NCBI GenBank assembly: GCA_038087875.1
Contig: CM075993.1
Location: 9,612,001-9,676,000 of the forward strand
Direction: 5' to 3'
Length of the DNA: 64,000 nucleotides
Source of the DNA: Malacoraja senta
Taxonomy: Eukaryota
The notes under the pieces are model-generated. The model was not told the origin of the DNA. It was given only the letters and a program-made list of their open reading frames with translations, and did not search any database. Of this stretch, positions 52,218 through 64,000 are shown piece by piece. Every line of letters begins with the position of its first letter. Positions within the stretch are counted from its first letter, which is position 1. The position numbers and the translations under genes were made by a program.

Positions 52218-52586
52218 TCCTCCAGGATTTCTCAACAAGAGTTCCTCACGAATTATCAACACTGATCCACTTTCAACTCATTCATTGCTCTAAGTAACTA
52301 AAGTGGAAAAGGGACCTCCTATACCTGATTAGCTTCACCATCTTGAGCCTCTGGGTTGCAGAGACGATGGCCAAAGGAATCACTGTTCTTGTAACGCAGA
52401 GCTATAAAAGGATGCACCCAATGTTCACGGCATTTGTATCTCTACCTTGGTCTTCAATCTCATTGAGTTCCCCTTTTGTGTCATCTGTAACAGGTGATGG
52501 ATACTGAAATAATGGTTGAACAAATCGATAAAATGCACCTTTTCAATAAACGCTCGCCCTATTTTCTCATGAAAAATTGAAAAGTG

Positions 52587-52885
52587 TGGCACGGTGGCGC
52601 AGCGGTAGAGTTGCTGCCTCACAGCGCCAGAGACCCGGGTTCAATCCTAACTATGGGTGCTGTCTGTAGTGAGTTTGTACGTTCTGCCCGTGACCTGTGT
52701 GGGTTTTCTCTGAGATCTCTGGTTTCCTCCCACACTCCAAAGACGTGCAGGTTTGTAGGATAATTGTAAATTGTCCCGAGTATGTGTAGGATAGCGCTAA
52801 TATGCGGGCATCCCGGGTCGACGCGGACTCAGTGGGCCGAGGGGCCTGTCTCCACACTGTATCTCTAAACTAAACTAATCTAAAC
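52587..52885 (+). mobile_element. V-SINE (HE1-like)
   Basis: ggcacggtggcgcagcggtagag head (A box), ggttcaatcc (B box), V-domain and tail. Confidence 0.8.
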
Positions 52886-53454
52886 CAATGCGTTTTGGTG
52901 ACGTTTCTGCTCCACAGAAACAGAGTCAGACCCAGGCATCCTCCAGGCAGCTCTTGGTTTCAGGCAGTATTGACAGAAGCTCCTTTTGGAAGCAAGATTC
53001 ATCTCAACAAAACAGGGTAGGCACTATCACAACGTTTAAGAAACATGTAGACAGCTACATGGATATCTGGTTCTGTATTTATTTATGCCTACGATATTCT
53101 ATTGTGCTGAAGCAAAGCAAGAATTTCATTGTCCTATCTGGGACACATGACAATAAACTCTCTTGAATCTCTTGAATCTAGGAAAGGTTTAGAGGGATGT
53201 GGACCAAATGCAGGCAGGCGTGACTAGTGTAGATGGGACATGGTGGCCAGGATGGACAAGTTGGGCCGAAAGGCCTGTTTCCACACTATATGACTCTATG
53301 ACTCCTGTACAGCACTGGAACAGTCCCTTTGGCCCATAAAGTCCATGCTCACACGATGCCAAATTAAACTAATCTCCTTTGCCTGCACGTATCCCTCCAT
53401 TCCCTGCATACCCATCTGCCTATCTAAAAGCCTCCTAAACACCACTGCTGGCAA

Positions 53455-53922
53455 CACAAGGTTAATTCCCGGGATGGCGGGACTGTCATATGCTGAGAGA
53501 ATGGAGCAGCTGGGCTTGTACACTCTGGAGTTTAGAAGGATGAGAGGGTATCTCATTGAAACATATAAGATTGTTAAGGGCTTGGACACGCTAGAGGCAG
53601 GAAACATGTTGGGGGAGTCCAGAACCAGGGGCCACAGTTTAAGAATAAGGAGTAAGCTATTTAGAACGGAGACGAGGAAACACTTTTTCACACAGAGAGT
53701 GGTGAGTCTGTGGAATTCTCTGCCTCAGAGGGCGGAGGAGGCAGGTTCTCTGGATGCTTTCAAGAGAGAGCTAGATCGGGCTCTTAAAAATAGCAGAGTC
53801 AGGGGATATGGGGAGAAGGCAGGAACGGGGTACTGATTGGGGATGATCAGCCATGATCACATGGAATCATGTGCTGGCTTGAAGGGCCGAATGGCCTACT
53901 CCTGCACCTATTGTCTATTGTC
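53455..53922 (+). mobile_element. CR1 3' fragment
   Basis: ORF 53345..53836 C-terminal CR1 motifs. Confidence 0.8.
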
Positions 53923-54199
53923 TAACACGTTGTAGGCACTCACAATCCTTTGTGAAAAACTAACTTGCCCCGCTCATTTCCTTTAAACTTTGCCCCCTTT
54001 ACCTTAAAGCTACGCTCTCTAGTCTTTGACATTTCCACCCTGGAGAACAGGTTCTGACAGTCTACCATATCTATGTCTCTCATAATTGTATATACTTCCA
54101 TTCCAGAAAAAATAATCCAGGTTTATCCCACATCTCCTTGTAGCTAATACTCCTTAATCCAGGCAGCATTCTGGTAAACCTCTTCTGCACCCTCTTCTT

Positions 54200-54900
54200 T
54201 TTTTTTTAATTTTTATTTATTAGAAGTACATTACATTACACAGTACTCGTCATTTATATCTTCTTACAATTAATGTACTCCATTTATTTTTTACACTAGA
54301 AAAGGAAAAGATTGAAAGAAAGAAGAAAGTGAAGGAAAAAGTGAGTGTAGGAAATATAAGAGCAAAATTAAAAACAAAAGAAAAAGAGTTAAGAAATAGA
54401 CCCTAGGAAAGAAAGAGAGAGAGAAAGAGGAAAAAGAGAGAAACAAATATTTTTATGAGCATTACGTAAATGGGACATACCAACTCTTCAACTATCATCC
54501 CCCCTTACCTGACCTCAATTTTTTTTTTAAAGTACTTTTGCACCCTATGTTTGTAATAATTCTATAAATGCAAATCACGTCAGGTGGAAGTGATCTGGTT
54601 TACCTGCTAGGAGGAGTCTTATCTCTTCTAGGTGTAATGTTTCAAACATATTTGAAATCCACATATTTATAGTTGGTATTGGAGCCTTCTTCCAAAATTT
54701 TAGAATTAGCTTTTTTCCAGTTATTAACCCATAGTCCATTAGTTTATTTTGAAACACATTTAGTTCTGGACCCTCTTCCGTTATACCGAAGATAATCCAT
54801 TCTGCTTTGGGTATCAGTCTTGTTTTAAATAACTTTGTAAAGATTTCAAAAATTTCATTCCAAAATTTTTGAATTTTTGTACAAAAAACGAATGAGTGCG
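54200..54900 (-). mobile_element. L1-clade LINE 3' fragment
   Basis: Near-identical to 28390-29130. Confidence 0.75.
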
Positions 54901-56217
54901 CTTTCTGCACCCTCTTCAAAACCTCCATATCCTTTCGGTAATAGGGCAGCCAGAACTGCACTTAATAACTAAACTACTCCAAATACAGCTGAACCAAATA
55001 CCTATATAGCTGCAATGTGACGATCCAATGTTCCTACTGATGAAGGCAAGTATAGCATATGTCTTCTTTCCCACTATCTAATTATGTTGCCACTTTCAAG
55101 GAGCTATGGTCTTGGACCTCGATAACCCTCTGCACTTCAATGCTGTTAGGAGGACTTGCCATTAACTGTAAACTTTCCACTTACATTGACTTCCCAAAGC
55201 GCAACAACTCACACTTACTAGGATGAGACCCCATCTGCCATATCTCACCCATTTCTGTAGCTGAGCTATATCCCGTTGTATACTTTGGCATCCTTCCTCA
55301 TAATCCTCAACTCCACCAATTATAATGTTGTCTGCAAATTTATTAACTAACCCATCTACATTTAAGTCCAAGGTAGACAAAAATGCTGGAGAAACTCAGC
55401 GGGTGAGGCAGCATCTATGGAGCGAAGGAATAGGTGACGTTTTGGGTTGAGACCCTTCTTCAGACTACATTTAAGTTCAAGGTAGACAAAAGTGCTGGAG
55501 AAACTCAGCGGGTGCAGCAGCATCTATGGAGCGAAGGAAATAGGCAACGTTGCCTATTTCCTTCGCTCCATAGATGCTGCTGCACCCGCTGAGTTTCTCC
55601 AGCACTTTTGTCTACATTCGATTTTCCAGCATCTGCAGTTCCTTCTTAAACATTTAAGTCCAAGTCATATATCCTGCTTGGAGTGCATACTGTCGTTGTG
55701 TCCTTGGGCAAGACACTTCACCCACCTTTGCCTGCGTGTGAATGTTGATATGTTGATATCAACATATGGATATGGATAATTCTCTGTAAAGCACTTTGGT
55801 TTCAAGTGATTTGATTGAAAAGTGCTATATAAATACAAATATTATTATTATATATAAGTCACAAGCAACAGAGGTCCCAGCTTAGATCTCTAGTCACAGA
55901 CCACCAGTTAGAATAACACCCTTTCATTACAACCCTCTGTCATTTATGGGCAAGCCAGTTCTGACTCCAAACTATCACCTCACCATGGATCCCATGCATG
56001 TTAATCTACTGTAGCAACCTACCATGAGAGACTTTAATAAATGCCTTGTTAAAATCTATGCAGATCACATCCTCATCGATCACCTGCATCACCACTTTCA
56101 AATAAAATCAATCAAATCTGTAAGACATGACCTGCCATGGACAAAGCCATGCTGATTGTCCCTCGTTGTCCCATTCTCCCCCAAATGGGAATAAATCCTA
56201 TCCTGAAGAATCCTCTC

Positions 56218-56679
56218 TGTGAGGGACAAGATGATTAAACCTCTTGTAAGGCACTGCTAACATTGCACTAAAACAGAGATAAGTTGTACAAACAGCTGTA
56301 ACCGCAAGAAACTGCCTATGCGGCAAGAAAGGGTTAACTGTGTCATGTAAATAGCTACTGCGCTTGCTTAATGAATTAAATGAATATTACATATACGCCC
56401 CTGATCGGGAAACTGCTAATTACCATGCACATGCGATGTATGATCTGGGAGGTTCATGGGCGAAACGGGAAGATTGTGCACCTCGGCGCTCTAATTGGAA
56501 GGAGCCAGAAGGACAGGATGATTCAGCAAATTGTGTGTTATAAAGAGAGGGGATTTTCCTTGTCTCGGTGTGTCTCGGTTTGGAGAGGCACCCGGCTCTG
56601 CAGACTCGTAATAAATGAATTCTTGTTTCGCGACTTTGTCTCTGGCATCGTGATTGTGAGCACCGAAATACATCTCACA
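56218..56679 (+). mobile_element. Solo LTR, 462 bp
   Basis: TGTGAG…CTCACA termini, CTCTC TSD (56213-56217, 56680-56684), TATAAA at 56539 and AATAAA at 56610. It is inserted in a CR1. Confidence 0.8.
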
Positions 56680-57777
56680 CTCTCCAACAGCTTCCCAACT
56701 ACGGGTCTCACCAGCCACAATCTTCCTGGATTCTCTCAACTTCCCTCCTTAAGCAAAGGAGCAACATTAGCTACACCCAAGTCCTCTGGGACCTCACCCG
56801 TTGCTGGAGAAGATGCTATAATCTTAGTCAAGGCTCCCTCTCAATAACCTGCGATAGATCCCATCAGGTCACAGGGAGTTATCCACCTTGATGCTCTTCA
56901 GGAGCCCAAACACAACCTCCTTCTGATCTCAAACTCCCCTTCTCCACAATGATCTCACTGTCCTCCATGTCCTGCTCCTTAATGAATACAGATGCACAGT
57001 CCTTATCTAGGACTTCACCTACATCCTCTGACTCCAAACATAGATTCCCTCCTTTATCCTCGAGTGGTCCTTCTCCCTCCTTGTTTACCCTTTCGTTTTT
57101 AATGGATGACCAAAGAGGTTGAAAATTGGTCGTTGGAATTTTCTTTAATCCTGCTCGCCAATTACATTTCATAGCTGCTTTTGGCCCTTCTAATTGCCCG
57201 CGTAAGTTCTTTCTTGCTTGATTTATATTCCTCAAAGCCCTGTCAGATTTTATTTTTCTGCCGTAAATACGGTTTTTTTTTACCAATTTTACAACCTCTT
57301 TGGGTCATCCAAGGTTCCCTTAACCTGCTGTCCTTATCCTTCCTACCTACAGGAACATGCCAGTCCTGTACTTTGATTAGCTGGTGTTTAAACAACTCCC
57401 AGGTTAGATGTGGACTTACCATTAACAACTGCTTCCCATTTACTCCTCCTGGCTGTTATCAGCCTTACCCCAATTTAGCACTCCCCCAATGTCCAGCCTT
57501 ACCCTTATTCGTAACTATCTTCAAACATATGGAGGAGTGATCACTGTTCCCAAAATACTCTTCCACTGAAACACCAAACACATTTCCAGACCTATTTCCC
57601 AACAGAAGGTGCAGTACAGTACGTCCTGTGTTCGAGTTTCAGGAAACTCTCTTGGATACAACTAAAATAATTCTGGCCTGTCCAAATCGTTTCCACCGAA
57701 CAAATCCCAGTCAGTGTTGGGGAAGTTTAAGTCGCCCACTACAACAACCCTGTTGTCTTTGCATCAATGTACGTCGT

Positions 57778-57805
57778 CTGAAGAAGGGTCTCGACCCGAA
57801 ACGTC
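57778..57805 (+). ncRNA. Minimal hammerhead ribozyme-like motif, intact core
   Basis: CTGAAGA-A-GGGTC-TC-GACCC-GAAACGTC. Confidence 0.6.
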
Positions 57806-59919
57806 ACCCATTCCTTCTATCCAGAGATGCTGCCTGTCCCACTAAATTACTCCAGCATTTTGTGTCTTTCTACATATCAGTCCCTCTATTTAGTTTAGAG
57901 ATACAGCACGCCGACCAGGATACAATAATAATAATAATAATAATACATTTTATTTATGGGCGCCTTTCAAAAGTCTCAAGGACACCTTACAAAGTTTAAC
58001 AAATAGTAGAAACATGTAAGCGGAATGAAATAAATAGTAAAGACATCATGAGTACACAAATTAAAGAGAGAATTCAATCCAAAAACAAAAATCAAAAACA
58101 CAATAACACCATGCTACACCCACTAGGGACAATTTACATGTATACCAAGTCAATTAACCTATAAACCTGTACGTCTTTGGAGTGTGGGAGGAAACCGAAG
58201 ATCTCGGAGAAAACACACGCAGGTCACGGGGAGAATATACAAGCTCCTTACAGACAGCACCCGTAGTCAGGATCGAACCCGGCACTCCGGCGTTACATTC
58301 GCTGTAAGGCAGCAACTCTACTGCTGCACCACCATCATCTTTTAATATTGTTCTCCTCTGACTGCACTTTGGAATAAATCCTTTCCCTTCGCTCAAGGCG
58401 ACGCTAACTTGCAAAGAATTTGAACTGGAATAAAGAACGCCAAGGTGACTTTGAGGAACCCAGGGCTCCATGGCACACAGACCCTCGCCTGCACCGTTAC
58501 TGTTAAATATAATTGCAAAACAACTGTAAACAAAACCCAGGTAACAACCCATAATCACCCCACTGATCAAGTCATGAAAATAAACGTACCCGTTTAGATT
58601 TGTGATTCTCGCCTCGGACTTCTTTAAATTAGCAGTCACTTTGGAAAAGATCCACAATTTAGCTTACATGGCTTCTGTCCAATACAAACGCAGATTTCAA
58701 CTTATTAAATTTAACTCTTTGTGAACCAACTAGAAGTATTTGTTTAGCACGGTTTGACCCGGGTTCAATTCTGTCTACGGGTGCGGTCTGGAAGGACAGT
58801 TCTCCCTGTGACCGCGTGGGTTGTCTCCGGGTGCTCCGGTTTCCTCCCACACTGTTAGAGCATGGAGCAACATTTTCGTGGATATTCCCCACCCCCTTCA
58901 GGAACGATCCAGATCATCTCATTCTTCATCTCTTTTCCCATGGTTGTTAAATAATTTCTCCCGCAAATATCAATCACACTGAAAACGTTGAATGAATCAG
59001 CATTCATCTCACCCTCTGGCCATGAGTTAGTTCTAGATCATGACTGCCTGCAATGTTCCTTTTATTCAAATCAAGCCCCAGCCGCACCCTTCTGCCAACA
59101 AACTCAATTCCTATCCTCTGGTTCTTGGGCTCTGTATTGTTTTTCACTTCCTTTAGATCCGCTAAACACTTCTAACAAATCCTCTCTTACCCTTCCCAGT
59201 TAGCTGATAGGAAGATGTAAACTATGAGAGGCATAGATAGGGAACACTGTCAGAACCATTTTCTCAGCGTGTAAATGGCAAAGACTAGGGGGCAAAGTTG
59301 AGGTGAGAGGGGCAAAGTTTGAAGGAGATGTGCGGGGCAAGTTCTCTTTACACAGAAGGTGATGGGTACTTGGATCGAGCTGCTGGAGGTAGTCGTTCAG
59401 GCAGATAGGTTAGTGGTGATTAAGAGACATGAATAGGCACAAGGATATGCAGGGAATGGAGGGAAATGGATTATGTGCAGGCAAATAAACATTGGTCATG
59501 GGACATGGTCATGAAGCGCACCTGGAGCGGGGCTTTATCCCCCCGCGCGGCTTGGAATGGCCACCGGACTTTGCGGGCGCGCGCCGGGGCTCTAACACCA
59601 AGACCCGGTGCGCGACCTTGCATCACCCGGCGTGGCTTTAATGGCTGCGGGACAATCACCATCGCCCGCCGGGGGCTTTGACTTTGACTCTGACATCGGG
59701 GGGGGGGGGGGAGTGCAGTGGAGAGATACGTTTTTTTGCCTTCCATCACAGCGCTGTGATGGATGTATGTGTAAATTGTGTTGTGTCTCGGGTCTTCTTC
59801 GTTTTGTATTGTATGGCTGCAGAAACGACATTTCGTTTGGACCTCAAGGGGTCCAAATGACAAATTTGTCCAAAAGACAAATAAAATTGAATTGAATTGA
59901 ATTGAATTGAACCAACCTG

Positions 59920-60120
59920 CATTTACACGGATTCCCCCAATTGACTGACCACACGTCACCTGGGAACCTACAAACCGCCAGCTGTCTGCCCTCCACAGCC
60001 TTCAACCTTATCTTTCCCCAGCCCAGCATGGCCTGGTTTTACCTTCTCCTCAAAATCCATAAACAGAACTGTCCTGGCAGACCCATTGTTTCTGCCTCAT
60101 CTGTCCCACTGAATTCATTT
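59920..60120 (+). mobile_element. Penelope-like RT fragment
   Basis: FYLLLKIHKQNCPGRPIVSA matches the PLE RT N-terminal motif (FYxLPKIHK…RPIVS). Confidence 0.65.
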
Positions 60121-60124
60121 CCTC

Positions 60125-63100
60125 TTTAAATCTTTTTATTTGAATTTCACAGCAATTTGCATACATACTATGATAACAGACAGTGACAGTCAAGGCATAA
60201 TTGTGCAACAGTATGTAAGCGACCCTCAAAATCCTTACCCTTACCCACCTTCAACCCACCCGAATCAGGTCGGAACCACACGGGGACAAACAACACTCAC
60301 ATACGTACACATCCATACACATATGGTAAGGTAAACGAAACTAAAAGTACTAAAAAAAAATTTAAATTAAAATTTAAAAAAAATTGGGGTCACTAATAAC
60401 AGTAAATAAGTAAGTAATTAAATAAATAATTGTGGGGGGGGGGGTTTAGGGGAAAGCAGCTGCTGTAGAGCAAAACAATGGTGGAGAACACTCAGTCCTC
60501 TTCCGAGTCCGGGGACAAGTTGAGAGAGTTAACAAGTTCCAAGAAAGGGTTCCATGTATCTAGGAATGTCTTGGTAGAGCCTTTAAGAGAGAACCTAAGT
60601 TTTTCAAGCTTTAAATTGTAAAGCACCTCCTTAATCCAACGGGCGTGTGTCGGGGGACAGGTGAGCCTCCAGTTAAGCAAGATCAGTCTCCGGGCTAACA
60701 AGGTTGTAAAAGCTAGGACCCGTTTCACCGCAACAGAGAGGTTGGTGTTGGGAGGGGTACCGAAAATGGCTGACATTGGGTTTGGAGGAATAGTCTGGTC
60801 GTAGGCTCTGCTTATCAATTCGAAAGCACTCCTCCAAAAGGCTGCTAGCTTAGGGCAAGACCAAAACATATGGCTATGGTTGACAGGGGGTTGATTACAT
60901 TTATTGCAGGTGTCCCTAACAGCGGGGTACATTCTAGATAATCTTGCATTTGTGTAGTGGACTTTGTGAAGGACTTTGCATTGGATTAGGCCATGACGGG
61001 CACATATGGAGGAAGAATGGATCAAATCCAGGGCAGAGTCCCATTGCTGGTCTGTTAGTTTTGTATTCAGCTCTCCTTCCCACGCAGCTTTTAATAAGGT
61101 ATGAGGTTTCAATATAACCGACCCTAGCAAATTATACAAAATAGAGATGCATTTCTTCCGGTTGGGATCTAGAGCTAAGATGGTATCGGTCAGGGTTTCA
61201 GGGGGGCGATTTGGGAAATAGGGGAATGTCTTCTTCACAAAATCCCTAATCTGGAAAAACCGAAAAAGGTGGGAGTTTGGGAGGCTGTAGTTGGACGAGA
61301 GCTCCGCGAAGGACGAAAAGATGCCATCCTTGTATAGGTTTTTGATACTACTGATACCGTTGCTATGCCAGGTTTTGAATGCGTGGTCTGTACTTGAAGG
61401 TTTAAAGATGTGATTTTTAAGCAGTGGGGTTAAGATGGAAGGGCCTTGTAAACCGAAGTTTTTCCTGAGTTGACTCCATATCTTGAGCGAGAGGGACGCA
61501 ATTGGGCCTGCACCCACAGATGTTATAGAAAGGGGGAGTTGGGAGCATTGGACAGACCGCAACGGGAGACGTGAACTCGCCTTTTCCATGTATACCCAGG
61601 TCGGTAGGTGGTCGCAATCATCATTCATCCAATACAGGAGTTTTTGCAAGTTAGCTGCCCAATAGTATCGCCTAAAGTCAGGAAGTGCCAAACCGCCGTC
61701 ACTCTTAGGAGACTGCAGTATCGCCTTTCGGATTCTAGCCGGTTTGCTACCCCATAAAAATTTAGATATTGTCCTTTCTAATTTATCAAAAAAAGATTTA
61801 GTGATAAGTATAGGGACGTGCTGGAAAAGATACAGGAATTTGGGTAGGACGACCATCTTGACCAGATTTATCCGGCCCACAAGGGATAGCGGTAAAACTG
61901 TCCAGCGGTCAAAATCTCTTTCGGCTTTCTCAACCAGAGGCAGAAAGTTTGTGCGGAACATATCAGATAAGGGTGTTGTGATAAAACGCCGAGATAGCAA
62001 AACCCGTCCTCTGCCCATTTGAATGAGGTTAAAGAGCGAGGGAGCTGCTTAGCCAATGAGTTAATCGGTAATAGCTCACTCTTTTGGTAGTTAAGTTTAT
62101 AACCAGAATACGCTCCAAACCGTTCTAAAATATTCGTAATCACAGGGAGAGAACTGACTGGGTTCGAGATGTACAGGAGCAGGTCATCCGCATACAATGA
62201 GACTTTATGAGTTGTGTCGAACCGTGTAATACCTTTAAAGCCCTTCTCTGAGCGTAACCAGACCGCCAAGGGTTCTATCGCGACAGCAAACAGGAGTGGT
62301 GATAACGGGCAACGCTGTCTGGTACCTCTCTGAAGGGTGAAGTGGGGCGACAGTGTGTCGTTTGTTTGTACTGAGGCCACCGGGGACGAATATAATAGAC
62401 TGACCCAAAGAATAAAACTGTTACCAAGGCCAAACCTGTCCATCGCCTCATATAGGTACCTCCACTCGACCCTGTCGAAAGCTTTTTCGGCGTCGAGGGA
62501 GACCACTATCTCCGGGGTCTCACTACTCGGAGAATGGATGATGTTAAGGAGACGCCTAGTATTGTGGGAAGACTGTCGGCCTGGTATGAACCGTGTTTGA
62601 TCTAATGAGATAATAGAGGGCATCACTCGTTGAAGACGGAGCGCAAGGGCTTTAGAGAGGATTTTGAGGTCCACATTCAGGAGTGAAATTGGTCTATAGC
62701 TACTACAAAGCAGGGGATCTTTCTCCTTTTTAAGAATTCGGGAGATAGTAGTCCACGACAAGGTGGGCGGTAGGCGACGATGTAAAAACGCCTCATTGTA
62801 CATATCTCTCAGGACTGGTGCGAGGAGATCAGAGAAAGCTTTGTAATATTCTACAGTGAAGCCGTCAGGGCCGGGTGACTTTCCGCTTTGCAGCGATGTG
62901 ATGGTTGCTTGAACCTCAGCAACAGTTATGGGACCACCCAAGTCTCTCGTGGCTTCATCGTCAATTCGGGGAAACGTCATACTACTGAACATGTCACCTG
63001 CAGTGGGAGGACAATCGGAATCGTATAGTTCAGCGTAGAATTTAGCTAATGCTTCATTCATTCTAAGAGGATCAGTATGAATCTCCCCTAAGCTGGATCT

Positions 63101-64000
63101 AATGGCTGGAATTAGCCGTGAAGTCGCCTCTGTTCTGGCCTGATGGGCCAAAAGCTTCCCAGCTTTATCCCCGGATTCAAAAAAGTGTTGCCTAGATTTA
63201 AGCAGTCGTAGCTTGGCTTTATTAGTAGACGTGAGGTCAAAGTCTGTTTGTAACCTAAGGCGTTCTCTATAAAGGTTAGGGTTTGGGTCAAATGCATATT
63301 TGTCATCAATGTCCTTTATTTTTTGTAACAGGTCTGCCGTTTGGGACGTCTCGGTTCTTTTCAGGTTGGAGACAAAAGAGATAAGTTGGCCCCTAATATA
63401 GGCTTTTGAAGCTTCCCAGAGTATACCTCTTTCTATGTCCGGCGAGTCATTCAGCTCAAAATATAAGGTGATTTGGGAGTGCAAGAATTGCATGTAGTGA
63501 GCCTCTGCTAATAATGAGGAGTTGAACCTCCACTTAGAGGGGTTAGTTCGTTTACGAAAATGGAGATCGAGGGAGGTCGCAGCGTGATCTGATATTACGA
63601 TGCTATGATACTCGCTGGATTTGATTTTGGAGAGCAGTCTGTTATCTAAGAGAAAGAAGTCTATACGGGTATAGGTACGGTGCACGTGGGAAAAAAATGA
63701 AAATAATTTAGTCGTGGGGAATGTAAATCTCCATGGGTCTGTGAGCCCAAGTTGTTTGGCAAAAGCATGCAGAGTCTTACCTGATTTAGTTAAAGTAGAG
63801 GCTTTGTTCGAAGATCTGTCCAGTATAGGGTCTTGGACCAGATTAAAATCTCCACCCACAATGACGTGGTGATTTTCAATATTTGACAAAGCGGCCAGCA
63901 GGATCCTCCACAGTTTTCTGTGGTTCGAACATAACGTTCTTACGAATCAGGATAGCAGTACCCCTAGCCCTATCATTAAATTTCGAGTGAAATAAGTGGC
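60125..64000 (-). mobile_element. L1-clade LINE ORF2 (APE endonuclease, RT with YADD, Cys-rich end) plus 3' UTR, running off the window
   Basis: ORFs 61868..63889 and 60492..62018: VGGDFN, SDHA, KSPGPDGF, DAEKAFDRVEW, VSLYADDLL, HMFWSCP. One frameshift near 61985 and a deletion near 63890. Confidence 0.92.

Noticed and set aside
52587..52660. tRNA gene
   Set aside because: The A/B-box head continues into the SINE V-domain and tail, so it is a SINE head like the many other copies.
58640..58700. Possible HYKK non-coding first exon (minus-strand ccat|gtaagc donor)
   Set aside because: It is only a donor-like motif in unique sequence and cannot be supported without transcript data.
60125..64000. 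Potentially active intact L1
   Set aside because: Besides a 1-nt frameshift near 61985, the endonuclease jumps out of frame from DPAGRFV to SNIENHHVIVGGDFN near 63890. This indicates an internal deletion of the NxYAPN-type segment.

Overview
Eukaryotic, repeat-dense vertebrate DNA, most likely a cartilaginous fish (skate/ray/shark), inferred from abundant V-SINE/HE1-type SINEs plus CR1 and Penelope-like repeats. There is one 200-N gap at 20383-20582. Two recognisable minus-strand genes lie in the human order: HYKK (4 coding exons, 33622-41300, 381 aa) and PSMA4 (7 visible coding exons, 12660-20327; ATG exon not found; one +1 and one compensated indel, probably assembly errors). Manual splice-phase reconstruction reveals the 3' part of a third, unnamed plus-strand gene (635-5652) encoding a single-pass membrane protein with a tyrosine-motif-rich cytoplasmic tail. 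The rest is mobile DNA: CR1, L2, L1 and Rex1-like LINE pieces, Penelope-like (PLE) fragments, V-SINEs, two solo LTRs and two TIR elements. The most striking non-genic signal is a dispersed family of short elements carrying a minimal hammerhead-ribozyme core (CTGAAGA-stem II-GAAACGTC). These often occur as fold-back dimers flanked by 13-15 bp target-site duplications. A 37-bp GC-rich minisatellite with CTCF-like motifs lies upstream of PSMA4. All calls were read by eye; repeat boundaries are approximate and no database search was run.
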